A stretch of 63,772 nucleotides of DNA, the filler included, from Lama guanicoe (lineage: Eukaryota): assembly GCA_013239625.1 (NCBI GenBank). It is 180 parts of 180 records of this genome, joined end to end, with 100 filler letters (N's around TTAATTAATTAA, not from the genome) between each part and the next. Parts side by side here need not be neighbours in the genome. Positions count along the whole stretch, not along the records: positions 12,050 to 12,304 come from PNXV01049110.1; positions 12,405 to 12,659 come from PNXV01049111.1; positions 12,760 to 13,013 come from PNXV01049112.1; positions 13,114 to 13,368 come from PNXV01049113.1; positions 13,469 to 13,723 come from PNXV01049114.1; positions 13,824 to 14,078 come from PNXV01049115.1; positions 14,179 to 14,433 come from PNXV01049116.1; positions 14,534 to 14,788 come from PNXV01049117.1; 172 more parts are not named here. The stretch is one strand, 5' to 3'. Position numbers and translations under genes: made by a program. The notes beneath the pieces are model-generated. The model had not been told where the DNA came from and searched no databases. It saw only the letters and a list, made by a program, of their open reading frames with translations. The number at the start of each line of letters is the position of its first letter. Position 1 is the stretch's first letter. Below, one piece after another: positions 11,950 to 24,725 of this stretch.

Positions 11950-12404
11950 NNNNNNNNNNNNNNNNNNNNNNNNNNNNNNNNNNNNNNNNNNNNTTAATTA
12001 ATTAANNNNNNNNNNNNNNNNNNNNNNNNNNNNNNNNNNNNNNNNNNNNGGAACTGTGATGACTCAGGGGAGGGGCAGCGGGTCCCAGGTCCCCCCCATT
12101 CCAGGGCTCTGGGCTCCCTGGCATGCTGTCCAGGGCTGGCAGAGTCCATAGACTCAGGGCGGCTGGTGCCAGTCCTCTTTTCAGTGGAACTGCCCTCCTC
12201 CTCTCCCTGTAGGTGAAGGCATGATGTGACTGCAGGCCTAGAGGATTAGGGTAGCACTGAACCACCACCCTCACTTTAGTAAGAATTGGTGGGCTGATCC
12301 CAGGNNNNNNNNNNNNNNNNNNNNNNNNNNNNNNNNNNNNNNNNNNNNTTAATTAATTAANNNNNNNNNNNNNNNNNNNNNNNNNNNNNNNNNNNNNNNN
12401 NNNN

Positions 12405-12659
12405 CCCTTCTCTGGAGAATGGGGCATATGGCTGAAAATTCCAAGCTTCTAATGATGGCTTGGTCTTTCTGGCGACCAGCCCCCATCCAGGAACCCACAA
12501 AGAGTCCCCTCATTAGAACAAAAGACACCACTATCACCCAGGAAACTCCAAGAGATTTAAGAGCTTAGTGTCAGGAACCAGGATCAAAGACCAATTATTA
12601 GAACAGAAGGTGCTTCCAGTGCTCTTATCAATTAGGACATTACAAGGGTTTTAGGAGCT
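12405..12659. mobile_element. MER21-like LTR fragment
   Basis: gctgaaaattccaagcttctaatgatggcttggtctttctggcgaccagcccccatcc...cctcattagaacaaaagac, with an internal duplication typical of MER21. Confidence 0.8.
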
Positions 12660-12759
12660 NNNNNNNNNNNNNNNNNNNNNNNNNNNNNNNNNNNNNNNNN
12701 NNNTTAATTAATTAANNNNNNNNNNNNNNNNNNNNNNNNNNNNNNNNNNNNNNNNNNNN

Positions 12760-12936
12760 TTATTCACCATGTTAATGTATTACAGTGGGCGTATAATGAA
12801 GCTCAAGATCTGCTAGAAGTCAAACTTCCCACCATCTTGAGCCTCAAGGCCTCCTGGGGGTAGAATCTGTCACCATTTTGATGTTAATTGCTGTAGCATT
12901 CCTTGAATCGCTGTGCCCTGCCCCCTTCCTGTCTCA
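12760..12936 (-). mobile_element. ERV LTR 5' end (begins TGAGACAGGAAGGGGGCAGGG on the minus strand)
   Basis: TG terminus at 12936 directly abutting a different LTR segment. Confidence 0.6.
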
Positions 12937-13013
12937 GTTGGAACATTAAAAGATTACCAGTTATCTAAAGAAAACCAGGCATCTCAAGAAGTTAAAGAAT
13001 TTAGTGCTTTTCT
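12937..13013 (-). mobile_element. ERV1-class LTR fragment, same family as 11695-11949
   Basis: Reverse complement agaaaagcactaaattctttaact..tgagatgcctggttttcttt...atcttttaatgttccaa aligns with about 11714-11785. Confidence 0.8.
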
Positions 13014-14178
13014 NNNNNNNNNNNNNNNNNNNNNNNNNNNNNNNNNNNNNNNNNNNNTTAATTAATTAANNNNNNNNNNNNNNNNNNNNNNNNNNNNNNN
13101 NNNNNNNNNNNNNAAACAAAGGTCAGACTCAGACTGTGATTTTGTCTATGATTGTAGCTGAGCGGAGAGTCTACATGTGCCTTTAAAAGTACTGAGAGTA
13201 CATAGTGTCTACACTGGGTCCAGAGCCGACCAGTGATGGACATGGTGTCGGCAGGGGCCACACCTTGAGATTGCTCCTGGGCAGCAGACTGATGGAGACT
13301 AGCACTTTTTGGATCCTGGCACAGGTTGATTTTGTAGATTTTCTCTGAATTCTGTAATCTACCAGAGTNNNNNNNNNNNNNNNNNNNNNNNNNNNNNNNN
13401 NNNNNNNNNNNNTTAATTAATTAANNNNNNNNNNNNNNNNNNNNNNNNNNNNNNNNNNNNNNNNNNNNTGGAACAAAGGGTAAGATTAACATGTTTTATG
13501 AGAAATTTAATTAAGACGCTACCTAAGAGTCGATCTGAATTGATCTGGCTAGAATGATATTCTGAGTTCAGTAATGAAAAATTAGTTTGGAGTGGTGAAA
13601 AGATAAAGATACTGTGTAAAAATCCACACTGAACAGATAATTATCTGTCTAAAATATATTTCTGTGAGCATGTCTTTGTAATAACAGTTCCTAATTTTAC
13701 TGGGAAAGCATCAAATTCAAAGGNNNNNNNNNNNNNNNNNNNNNNNNNNNNNNNNNNNNNNNNNNNNTTAATTAATTAANNNNNNNNNNNNNNNNNNNNN
13801 NNNNNNNNNNNNNNNNNNNNNNNGCAGAGTTGTCTTTACAAGTATAGTTGCAAAATCCACACGCATATTTGTCATCATTTGCTAAGGTGATTTCTGCCGG
13901 CTCGATTATCTGTAGCTCTGCACAGTGTTTATCCAAAACAATCATATCTTCTTAACATTGTGTCTCATCAGTGGACACATTTTATAGCCAAGGAAACCTA
14001 GCAGCAGGCTCAAATGCTTGGGATACACGAGTCTTCCCTAGAAGGGGTTGGCTTGATAAAGCAGTACGATGTTCTGCTNNNNNNNNNNNNNNNNNNNNNN
14101 NNNNNNNNNNNNNNNNNNNNNNTTAATTAATTAANNNNNNNNNNNNNNNNNNNNNNNNNNNNNNNNNNNNNNNNNNNN

Positions 14179-14433
14179 CTGATCCCTCCTGTGTCAGCAC
14201 ACTCCTGGGCCTGCTCCCTCCTGGGCCAGCTCACTCCTGGGCCTGCACACTCCTAGGACTGCACATACGGTGCCTGCTCCCTCCTGTGTCTGCACAGTCC
14301 TGGGCCTGCACATTACTCTGCCAGCACACTCTTGTGTCTGTAAAGACCTGGGCAAGCACACTGAAGTGTCTGCACACTCCTGGTCCTGCCCTCTCCGGTG
14401 TCTGCACACACCTGGGCATACACACTCCTGGGC
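14179..14433. repeat. 16-bp-period tandem repeat (consensus about CACACTCCTGGGCCTG), about 16 diverged units
   Basis: Successive units cacactcctgggcctg, ctccctcctgggccag, ctcactcctgggcctg, cacactcctaggactg...; fills the whole contig. Confidence 0.92.
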
Positions 14434-14533
14434 NNNNNNNNNNNNNNNNNNNNNNNNNNNNNNNNNNNNNNNNNNNNTTAATTAATTAANNNNNNNNNNN
14501 NNNNNNNNNNNNNNNNNNNNNNNNNNNNNNNNN

Positions 14534-14564
14534 TTTTTTATGGCATCAATAGAAAACTAATACA
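14534..14564 (+). mobile_element. MaLR LTR 3' terminus
   Basis: ttatggcatcaatagaaaactaataca is the typical MLT/MST end. Confidence 0.55.
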
Positions 14565-14959
14565 GGCACAAAGGAATGATCAATAGATGTCTTCCCTTTT
14601 CTTCCCCACAACCCAATCCATCCACTGATTCATCGTTGTCCTCTTCCTCCCTTATTGGTAACCTTTTGTTGTTACATGAAATCAGAAGAAGTAAGAGAAA
14701 ACAAACCTTACTCTATTTTTAGAGTCTTTTTCTGCCCCTGCCCTTTTCAGAGTGCTCATTTCTCCCACACTCCTTTTTCTTCCTCTCCNNNNNNNNNNNN
14801 NNNNNNNNNNNNNNNNNNNNNNNNNNNNNNNNTTAATTAATTAANNNNNNNNNNNNNNNNNNNNNNNNNNNNNNNNNNNNNNNNNNNNCCTGGCTCTCAA
14901 CAGAAGAGCCAGTGTAACTCTTAAAATTTGTACCAGATAATTTCAATGGCCTGACCCCA

Positions 14960-15100
14960 AGTTGCCATGGTTCCCTGTAATTCATAATATAAAATCCAAA
15001 CACCAAGAAGTTACCTACAAGACCCAGTAAGATCTGGCTTGGTCCGTCCACCAACTTCATCTCCTCATTCTCTGCGTGATGTCTCTGCTGCTGACACACC
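14960..15100 (+). mobile_element. L2 fragment
   Basis: ataaaatccaaac...cctacaagaccc...gatctggc...ccaacttcatctc. Confidence 0.5.
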
Positions 15101-17384
15101 AGCTTCCCAGCTGATTGATTCTCTGGTAAATTCAGCCCCACCCNNNNNNNNNNNNNNNNNNNNNNNNNNNNNNNNNNNNNNNNNNNNTTAATTAATTAAN
15201 NNNNNNNNNNNNNNNNNNNNNNNNNNNNNNNNNNNNNNNNNNNGTGCCCTCGCCACCGAACCCCTCTTGGGGAAGGCAGCGTTCTGTGTCCCGGGTGAGA
15301 AGCGCGGTGTGGGCACCGCAGGGCTGGGCTGTGACTCCTTCCTCCCTTCTCATGCAGAACGTGTTCCGGCCGGTGGGGTTGCCTCACATCGACCTCCGTA
15401 CACAGAGTTAACAAAACCATCTCAGTACTTGGCTATGGTAGGATTTGGGGCTCCCTGATAAAACAGTCACGTGGGGTTTCCCCTCTAAAATATAAGTTNN
15501 NNNNNNNNNNNNNNNNNNNNNNNNNNNNNNNNNNNNNNNNNNTTAATTAATTAANNNNNNNNNNNNNNNNNNNNNNNNNNNNNNNNNNNNNNNNNNNNGG
15601 AGGAGGGATTTTTGTCCTTATTTAGTTTGGATCAGAAGTGTCATGGTGTCGATGTATGATGGGTAGTTCTAATTTGCAAGGCTAATTTTATTGAAATGAG
15701 GGCATAATGAACAGAAGGTTACGTTTGGCTGGAGATTCCAGCCTTTTCCCACCTTTCTTTGTTGGCCTCCAGGCTGCTTGCCACCCCAAAATGTGTGATT
15801 GTGTATCAGCCCAGAGGTTCCTGCTTTTCTTTCTCTGCCCAGGGACCCCTGGNNNNNNNNNNNNNNNNNNNNNNNNNNNNNNNNNNNNNNNNNNNNTTAA
15901 TTAATTAANNNNNNNNNNNNNNNNNNNNNNNNNNNNNNNNNNNNNNNNNNNNAAAAAAGGTGATAGGTGATCTGGGAACTGATGAGAAAACTTGAGAGAA
16001 CTCCTTTCAGATGGCGTCATATGTTTGCACTGAAGCAAGATTAGATCATTGCCACTGCAGAGAATTCTGGAAGCAGGAAGGGGCTAGAACTGGGGTAAAC
16101 CACAGCCACTCCTCACAACTGTCAGACATCAAGACTATATGTTGAATTGGCATTTGTTACTCAAATGAGATTAATTTCTGTATGGAAGCACTAGCTTTTT
16201 TTTTTTTNNNNNNNNNNNNNNNNNNNNNNNNNNNNNNNNNNNNNNNNNNNNTTAATTAATTAANNNNNNNNNNNNNNNNNNNNNNNNNNNNNNNNNNNNN
16301 NNNNNNNAATGAACATCAAGAGCAATTTTTAGTGGCTTTCCAGAATTATATACTTGGTGACTGAAAAAACTGAGCTATAATTATCCAACTGTTGAATCCA
16401 AGTCACCATGTTTTTACATGCACATCAGAGGTGTCCTGCCCTCAAAAATATTAGTTGATGGATTGATTTCCTATACTTCCAGTGATGGGCGCAGGAAAGT
16501 TACTTTGGTCAACACATGCATGTGCAAGTATGCACTTCACACACACACATCACACACACACANNNNNNNNNNNNNNNNNNNNNNNNNNNNNNNNNNNNNN
16601 NNNNNNTTAATTAATTAANNNNNNNNNNNNNNNNNNNNNNNNNNNNNNNNNNNNNNNNNNNNGCTTATTGAAACTTCAGGAACTCCTTAGAACCTAGAAT
16701 GGAAAATACTTCATCTGAGTGACAGTTCAAATATTTCCCAACTTGAAAAAAAATACTTTAGAAGGAATGATGCGAAATTACACAATATGCTACGACCCGG
16801 ATCCGGTTGGTGGTGTGTATTGTTTATTAAATCGTGGCGCTAGAGGAAGACGGCCCGTAGTCCCCGGGCTCAGGGGTGCCGTTAGCATCCGCGTGAGTCC
16901 TGGGCGGCCTGCGTTTGNNNNNNNNNNNNNNNNNNNNNNNNNNNNNNNNNNNNNNNNNNNNTTAATTAATTAANNNNNNNNNNNNNNNNNNNNNNNNNNN
17001 NNNNNNNNNNNNNNNNNATCCTTTCAAGAAAAGGGCTGCCTTCAATTTTAGGTGCACAATTCTAAACTTCCTGCCAGCAGAATTAACAATTTAATAAGGA
17101 TGGATTCAGTGTGTGAGAATACGGGAAGGAGTGAAAAAAATGCTGAGGGTACCAGTTCAAATAAAAGTGGAGAATCTCTGTAATATTAAAAAAAATATAT
17201 ATATATATGATTAGGATCCATTCCTATAAAAGGAGAAAGAATTTTTAAAATCTTTAGTTTTAGAAGTTTTTCNNNNNNNNNNNNNNNNNNNNNNNNNNNN
17301 NNNNNNNNNNNNNNNNTTAATTAATTAANNNNNNNNNNNNNNNNNNNNNNNNNNNNNNNNNNNNNNNNNNNNTATCATTATTTT

Positions 17385-17627
17385 AATTGTAGCTGTCCAG
17401 CTTTCCCAGCATCACTTATTGATGAAGAGACTGTCCTTTCTCCATTGTATATTCTTGCCTTCTTTGTCATAAGTTAATTGATCTAAGTGTGCATTCATTG
17501 CTTTCCTTTCTGTTCCATTGATCTGAGTGTCTGTTTTTGTGCCAGTACCACACTGCTTTGATTACCGTGGTTTTGTACTATAGTCCTAAGTCTGGGAGGG
17601 TGGTTCCTCTGGCTTTATTCTTTTTTC
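17385..17627 (-). mobile_element. L1 ORF2 fragment, antisense
   Basis: gtagctgtccagctttcccagcatcacttattga..agagactgtcctttctccattgtatattcttgcct...gtgccagtacca. Confidence 0.9.
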
Positions 17628-20600
17628 NNNNNNNNNNNNNNNNNNNNNNNNNNNNNNNNNNNNNNNNNNNNTTAATTAATTAANNNNNNNNNNNNNNNNN
17701 NNNNNNNNNNNNNNNNNNNNNNNNNNNTGAAACATATGAAGAAATACAACGTACTGTTTTTGATTATGATTAGACAAAGAAATGACTAAGATACGTAAGC
17801 GAGAATAACAGTAATACTATCCTGTGTCTGCAGCATTTTATTTCTTTATTTAAAAACCTGTTGAGTTAACAAGATACGAATTTTAACAACGTTTGATTGG
17901 TAACAAGTATCCTTTTTTGGAGATATTTCATAGTTAAAAAAAATATCAGTAGGCAGTCACAACCCGGAGGCAAGGCTTACCANNNNNNNNNNNNNNNNNN
18001 NNNNNNNNNNNNNNNNNNNNNNNNNNTTAATTAATTAANNNNNNNNNNNNNNNNNNNNNNNNNNNNNNNNNNNNNNNNNNNNGAACACCTGACAGTGGTA
18101 GGGAGAAAGGAGGGAGAGGTAACAGTGGAAATCAAACAGAAGTTCATCAGGTATCAACGATGCTAAGAAAGGAGCTCCTTCATTACATGGCAAGATATAC
18201 TCTAGAGTTCCTCAAGAATCTCAAGGTCAATTCCAACTCTAAAATTTGTAACTACAAGCACTCAAATCAGATCTTGGCCAAATCATCGATATTTAAAATA
18301 TCTAAAGTCAAAGATCTAAAAAGCAGAAAACAGTTTTNNNNNNNNNNNNNNNNNNNNNNNNNNNNNNNNNNNNNNNNNNNNTTAATTAATTAANNNNNNN
18401 NNNNNNNNNNNNNNNNNNNNNNNNNNNNNNNNNNNNNTGGGGCATTCCGCTGGGAGAAGGGGCAGAGCCCACAGACACCTTGCCCAACCCTCGGGGCTGC
18501 CACCTCCCTGGGCCCGCTGGTCCTCCACCCTGGGTCCGGTTCACAGGAGCTGCAGCTTGGGGTCAAGAGACTGCCAGCCCCAGTGCTGGGTGGGGACCGA
18601 GGGCAGGCAGGGGGCACGGGGCAGCTAACAGGCTACTCGGTTAGACTTGAATTTCAGACAAACGATGGATGAAACAGGCTTATGCTACAATTNNNNNNNN
18701 NNNNNNNNNNNNNNNNNNNNNNNNNNNNNNNNNNNNTTAATTAATTAANNNNNNNNNNNNNNNNNNNNNNNNNNNNNNNNNNNNNNNNNNNNAGATATGG
18801 GGACTGACTAAATATATTTTAAAGACCTTCCTTGCACTTGCATAAAAACGTCATTGTAAGAATTGAGTGAGGTCTTGCTCCTTGATCCATATGGATGGTA
18901 CTCAAGACTCAACTCCCAGACGGCTCTGCTGCTGGCTGTTACTTCGGCGGGCCTCTGACTTTCTGATGCCAGCCTGCAGAGTAGTTTTGAATCTGCAAGC
19001 CTGGTGTTTATCTTGAGTGAACCCTCCATGCAAGGTGGAAAGGGACTNNNNNNNNNNNNNNNNNNNNNNNNNNNNNNNNNNNNNNNNNNNNTTAATTAAT
19101 TAANNNNNNNNNNNNNNNNNNNNNNNNNNNNNNNNNNNNNNNNNNNNCTTACAGCCCTGGCACCCATGTTTGCCCTCGGCAGTGACATGTGTCAGGCCAC
19201 CTAAGCCCACGGCCCACCAAACCATCTCAAATAGCACGACTAATACGACATGGGCTGGAAGCTTGGGAGAAGTGGGAGCATCACCAAAGGCCTCTGAACC
19301 ATGGGGGCTTCAAGCAGTCTACGCTCTGCAGCCCCAGAGCTCCATGCTGCCCCGACACATGCACCTGGAGAAGCACCTCCACCCTGCTGAGGCACTTAAT
19401 GGNNNNNNNNNNNNNNNNNNNNNNNNNNNNNNNNNNNNNNNNNNNNTTAATTAATTAANNNNNNNNNNNNNNNNNNNNNNNNNNNNNNNNNNNNNNNNNN
19501 NNGAATCTGAGCCCAGGACAAAGGAGACTGGTGATGATCTAGAAGACAAATACATGAGCTGAAATATGTGGGTCCGGTTTGACTGATGGGCCTGCGCTGG
19601 AGGTTGGATTGCAGGCGAGGTTAGGCAAAGCAAGGCAGAGTAGAGATCGGAAGTGAAGCCTTGGGATGCTCCGTCCCAGCTGTTCTGTGGCGTGGGTGAC
19701 TGTCCTGGTCTGGGAGGAGGACTGAAAGCAAAGCAGCAGGCTCTGGCCTGAAGGACTNNNNNNNNNNNNNNNNNNNNNNNNNNNNNNNNNNNNNNNNNNN
19801 NTTAATTAATTAANNNNNNNNNNNNNNNNNNNNNNNNNNNNNNNNNNNNNNNNNNNNTTGTTCGGCCCAAAGTGTGCGCCATCGTGCAAGACGTTAAAGA
19901 GCCAAACGTGAATAGGACACACTTTCTGTCCCGAGGGAGCTCAATAGATTTGTGGAAGAGATAGGCAAGCAAAGAAATAATTATATACCATGACATAAGT
20001 GCTTGTAGAGGGATGGCTAATGCTAGTTCTTATTGGATAGAGGGAGGTAACAAAAAGAAAGGAGAAAATTTGAGCAAAGCCTTTTGGCTTTGTTTCCATG
20101 TTCAAGCACATCNNNNNNNNNNNNNNNNNNNNNNNNNNNNNNNNNNNNNNNNNNNNTTAATTAATTAANNNNNNNNNNNNNNNNNNNNNNNNNNNNNNNN
20201 NNNNNNNNNNNNGGAAGGCGGGGGGACAGAGGACAGGGCATCCCCCTGGTCTGTTTCCTCCCTTCTGTGCTGGGCACACAGGGGAAGAGGTACTGGGGAC
20301 AAGTCAGAAGCTTGGCCCTTGGCAAGAACCGTTCGGGTCTGAACACTGCCTGTCCCTCATTCCAGCCGAGACCCCGGGCAAGGCCACCGGCCTTCTCACG
20401 TGTCAGACAGTGCCCAGACCGGGCAGTGCCGTGACCGTGCAAGGCGGCTGGGAGCAGAAAGGCTGTCNNNNNNNNNNNNNNNNNNNNNNNNNNNNNNNNN
20501 NNNNNNNNNNNTTAATTAATTAANNNNNNNNNNNNNNNNNNNNNNNNNNNNNNNNNNNNNNNNNNNNATATCAATGTTATTATATATTCCATCACTTTCT

Positions 20601-21987
20601 TGGATGACCTAAGGGTCTCAATATATAGATAATTGACAGTGGCAAAATTTAGGGTATCAACTTTTTTCTTTGCTGTTTCAATCACAGAGCTGTCATCTAT
20701 GGTATATATCTTCTTTCTATTTCAGGAATTGGTGTTAAGTGGAATAACCTTTGGACACCAGCCAGCCTTGACGATAATCTCGTCCTGGGCCATATGTCAG
20801 GAATGCTTTTACTTGATGCCTTNNNNNNNNNNNNNNNNNNNNNNNNNNNNNNNNNNNNNNNNNNNNTTAATTAATTAANNNNNNNNNNNNNNNNNNNNNN
20901 NNNNNNNNNNNNNNNNNNNNNNCTGGGAGCAAGAGCTGATGTGGCTCAGAGCCCTCCGAGGAACGGCTGCATCCCCAGCTCAGGGACCCTCCAGCAGGCC
21001 CCACTTGTCCCACATGCTGACCACGGGCGCCCCCTCCGTGGGGTCCCCTCCAGGGGGCCATGACCTGGAGCTCCAGACTTGGATGGAGACTGAAACCCAC
21101 CGCCTGCTGCTGGAAGAGACAGGTACAGAGGGGCCTGCAGGGGCCTCCTTGGGGGGACCCAGGGACAGAGGGTAGTGNNNNNNNNNNNNNNNNNNNNNNN
21201 NNNNNNNNNNNNNNNNNNNNNTTAATTAATTAANNNNNNNNNNNNNNNNNNNNNNNNNNNNNNNNNNNNNNNNNNNNCTTCTTTGGGTGTTCTTTTCATT
21301 GTGTCATAAATGAGCCCGGTTTCTCCTGTCTGTGGTGTAGTTCCTTCTACCATCTGACCTGCCCCAAATTTCAAGTCTCTTCTCTCCTTACTCTTCTACT
21401 TAAACTTGGCTGCTGAGGCCCAGACAAACTTGGTTACTGATCATTCTTCCAACATTCCATGTCATTCTGCATTTGCTGGTCCCCTCACTTTGGAATGCCC
21501 TTGTCAACTTCCTGTGTGTCAATCTGGCTTACNNNNNNNNNNNNNNNNNNNNNNNNNNNNNNNNNNNNNNNNNNNNTTAATTAATTAANNNNNNNNNNNN
21601 NNNNNNNNNNNNNNNNNNNNNNNNNNNNNNNNTGTTCTTTAAATTTTTCTTAAAATGTTAGTCAATTGCTAAGGGTGGGTTAGGGGGAACTAAATACTTA
21701 TTCAGACAAAAATGCATTTCTAATTTGGACAGACTTCAAGCAGTCAGATGGGTAGCACTAAATTCATTTTACAATTTAACTTATGTAGTTTTGGGGGACT
21801 ACATTTTGTTTCTAACATATCACAGTGGAAACAAAGTTGAAGATAGGTATAAAAGATAATTTAACTATATTTTATAACACAAGTGAANNNNNNNNNNNNN
21901 NNNNNNNNNNNNNNNNNNNNNNNNNNNNNNNTTAATTAATTAANNNNNNNNNNNNNNNNNNNNNNNNNNNNNNNNNNNNNNNNNNNN

Positions 21988-22242
21988 CCACCAAAGGGAA
22001 GAAATTAACTACTTGATGATCAAGGGCATGTGGCCCCCAGGCCTTCTGGCTCCCAGGGGGTGATAGTGTTGACGCCCTGTTCCCTCCACATCAACCAATC
22101 AGAGGACTGTGCACGAGCTGATCATGCATCCTGCGATGGCACTCCCCTCCCCCTTCAGCCTTTAAATAAGCTTTGCTGAAAGCATTCGGGGTGTTCCACA
22201 TTTTCTTGGGCCTGAGCCACTCCATCCTCCTTGCTCGGCCCT
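21988..22242 (+). mobile_element. ERV LTR U3/R fragment with CCAAT and TATA-like boxes
   Basis: aaccaatcag near 22093, cctttaaataa near 22159; layout typical of ERV1 LTRs. Confidence 0.65.
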
Positions 22243-22744
22243 NNNNNNNNNNNNNNNNNNNNNNNNNNNNNNNNNNNNNNNNNNNNTTAATTAATTAANN
22301 NNNNNNNNNNNNNNNNNNNNNNNNNNNNNNNNNNNNNNNNNNTGAGTAAAAGAGGAGAGTGCACAGGGGCAGAAGGTTGTAGAAGGCTCCCTGGTGCTGC
22401 CAGAGCTATCCCTTCGTTCTGCAGAGGGAGCCCAGAGAATTCCCCTTGTCTGCTCGTGGACCCCACAGCCCTCTTCCCGCTCTGCTCTGTCTGCCGTCGC
22501 CCCGGCAGCCTCTCGGGTCCCCTGGAAGACCTGCCCATCAGAAACTGAGCAGAGGGACACCAGGGGTGCAGTCCACCCTCTCCTCCCCTGCCCACCANNN
22601 NNNNNNNNNNNNNNNNNNNNNNNNNNNNNNNNNNNNNNNNNTTAATTAATTAANNNNNNNNNNNNNNNNNNNNNNNNNNNNNNNNNNNNNNNNNNNNCCT
22701 GTAAGAATGCTTTCTTTCTAAAACATGCTAACCATCCTTTGACA

Positions 22745-22839
22745 ACATAGGTCTGCCACAGATCTTCAATTCATAAAAAAACACAGCCAATCACAACAAA
22801 GCACAACAAAGCCAATCACAATAAAATGAAGTATGCCTG
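22745..22839 (+). mobile_element. Tigger1 (TcMar) 3' terminus with TA target site
   Basis: tgccacagatcttcaattcataaaaaa...caataaaatgaagtatgcctg followed by TA (22840-22841). Confidence 0.8.
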
Positions 22840-23052
22840 TAACAACGTTGACATTGCAAACTACTTGAGAATGGGACTGCTTTCTCCATGACTTTTTCTC
22901 TTTGTTTTGAAACTTTCTCTCAGCAACCTCTGGCAGGGGAAAGACCTTGGAANNNNNNNNNNNNNNNNNNNNNNNNNNNNNNNNNNNNNNNNNNNNTTAA
23001 TTAATTAANNNNNNNNNNNNNNNNNNNNNNNNNNNNNNNNNNNNNNNNNNNN

Positions 23053-23306
23053 GAGTCCTCAGAAGACTAAAAACACACTTACCACATGACCCAGCAATTC
23101 CACTCCTGAGCATAGATCCAGAGGGAACCCTAATTCAAAAAGACACCTGCACCCCACTGTTCACTATTCACAATAGCCAAGACATAGAAACAACCTAAAT
23201 GTCCGTTGACAGATGACTGGATAAAGAAGTGTGGTATATTTCTACAATGGAACACTACTCAGCCATAAAAGTGGTAAAATAATGCCATTTGCAGCAACAT
23301 GGATGG
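23053..23306 (+). mobile_element. L1 ORF2 Cys-rich 3' region (lineage-specific L1)
   Basis: gacccagcaattccactcctg...caatagccaagacatagaaacaacctaaatgtcc. Confidence 0.92.
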
Positions 23307-23406
23307 NNNNNNNNNNNNNNNNNNNNNNNNNNNNNNNNNNNNNNNNNNNNTTAATTAATTAANNNNNNNNNNNNNNNNNNNNNNNNNNNNNNNNNNNNNN
23401 NNNNNN

Positions 23407-23661
23407 AAGAACAGAATATTTACATAATCTCAAGTTACTGGTTAGTCACAAAGGATAAAAGAACTTTATAGGGGAGAAACCTAATAGACACCACCTAGTG
23501 AAGTGATGAACTTAGCATCACCCATAAATGGAAAAATTGATATCTTGTGCCATTTAAAATAACACCTTGGGAAGAACATAGCATCACTGATGCTTGTTGT
23601 GCTCCTGCTAAGAATACATGACATGGAACTAGTCATGAGGCAATATCAGAAAAATATAAAA
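23407..23661 (+). mobile_element. L1MC/L1MD-type 3' UTR fragment
   Basis: aactttataggggagaaacct...acaccacct...aagtgatgaacttagcatcacc...gaacatagcatcact. Confidence 0.7.
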
Positions 23662-23907
23662 NNNNNNNNNNNNNNNNNNNNNNNNNNNNNNNNNNNNNNN
23701 NNNNNTTAATTAATTAANNNNNNNNNNNNNNNNNNNNNNNNNNNNNNNNNNNNNNNNNNNNCGCACTGATTATGATTCCGGAATCCTAAGCGTGGGGAGG
23801 TTCCACCAACTTTCGGCAGCGCATACGTTCAAACGGAATGATTATGCTCGCCTGTCCTGACGGTTTTCTTAATGCCTCTCTGCCATTGAATGTTAGCGGG
23901 GGTTTCA

Positions 23908-23969
23908 GGAATTTCCAGTGATAGAGGCTGCCTCCCCAATGTCAGGGAAGTTATTTTTCGGAATTTCCC
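23908..23969. promoter_or_regulatory. Paired NF-kB-like motifs in a CpG-retaining contig
   Basis: GGAATTTCC at 23908-23916 and GGAATTTCCC at 23960-23969 (reverse complement GGGAAATTCC). Confidence 0.35.
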
Positions 23970-24115
23970 CTAATAGTGAACACCTGTGACTGAAGAGAGC
24001 TGCCTGGAGATGTCTNNNNNNNNNNNNNNNNNNNNNNNNNNNNNNNNNNNNNNNNNNNNTTAATTAATTAANNNNNNNNNNNNNNNNNNNNNNNNNNNNN
24101 NNNNNNNNNNNNNNN

Positions 24116-24370
24116 CAACTTTCAAATATACAACACAGTAGTATTAACTATCGTCCTCATGCTGTATATTACATTGCCATGACTTATTTTGTAATTGAAT
24201 TTGGTACCTTTTGACCACCTTCACCCAGTTTGCCTGTCCCTCAACCCCCATCTCTGGCAACCACCAATCTGTTTCCTGTATCTACAAGCTCAGGGTTTTT
24301 TTGATTTCACATATAAATGAGATCATACAGTATTTGTCTTTCTCTATTTGACTTATTTTACTTAGCATAA
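24116..24370 (-). mobile_element. L1MA-type 3' UTR, antisense
   Basis: caactttcaaatatacaacacagt..tattaacta...ctctggcaaccaccaatctg...catataaatgagatcatacagtatttgtc. Confidence 0.88.
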
Positions 24371-24470
24371 NNNNNNNNNNNNNNNNNNNNNNNNNNNNNN
24401 NNNNNNNNNNNNNNTTAATTAATTAANNNNNNNNNNNNNNNNNNNNNNNNNNNNNNNNNNNNNNNNNNNN

Positions 24471-24725
24471 GCGACGCCGGGCGGGCGGGGCGGCGGCCCG
24501 CGCGGGCCGGGATCCCCTCCCCGCGGCCCGCCGGGGCGACCCCAGCGGGGAGCGCGCGCGCCGCCCGGGCCTTTTTTGGCGAGGCCGGAGGCCGGAGAGG
24601 CCGGGCCGCCGCGCCGGCGGAGGACGAGGGGCGAGGCTGAGCCGCCGCCCCCCGGGGCCGGGAGGAGGGGCTGCCTGGGGAGGCGCCGCCGAGGCCGGGA
24701 GAGGCGGGGCGGGCGCGGGCGGCCC
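24471..24725. promoter_or_regulatory. CpG island fragment (extremely GC-rich, multiple GC boxes)
   Basis: Almost entirely G/C with dense CpG; gggcgggcggggcgg. Confidence 0.85.

Noticed and set aside
20939..21175. 78-aa ORF in a GC-rich contig
   Set aside because: Expected by chance at this GC content; no recognisable family
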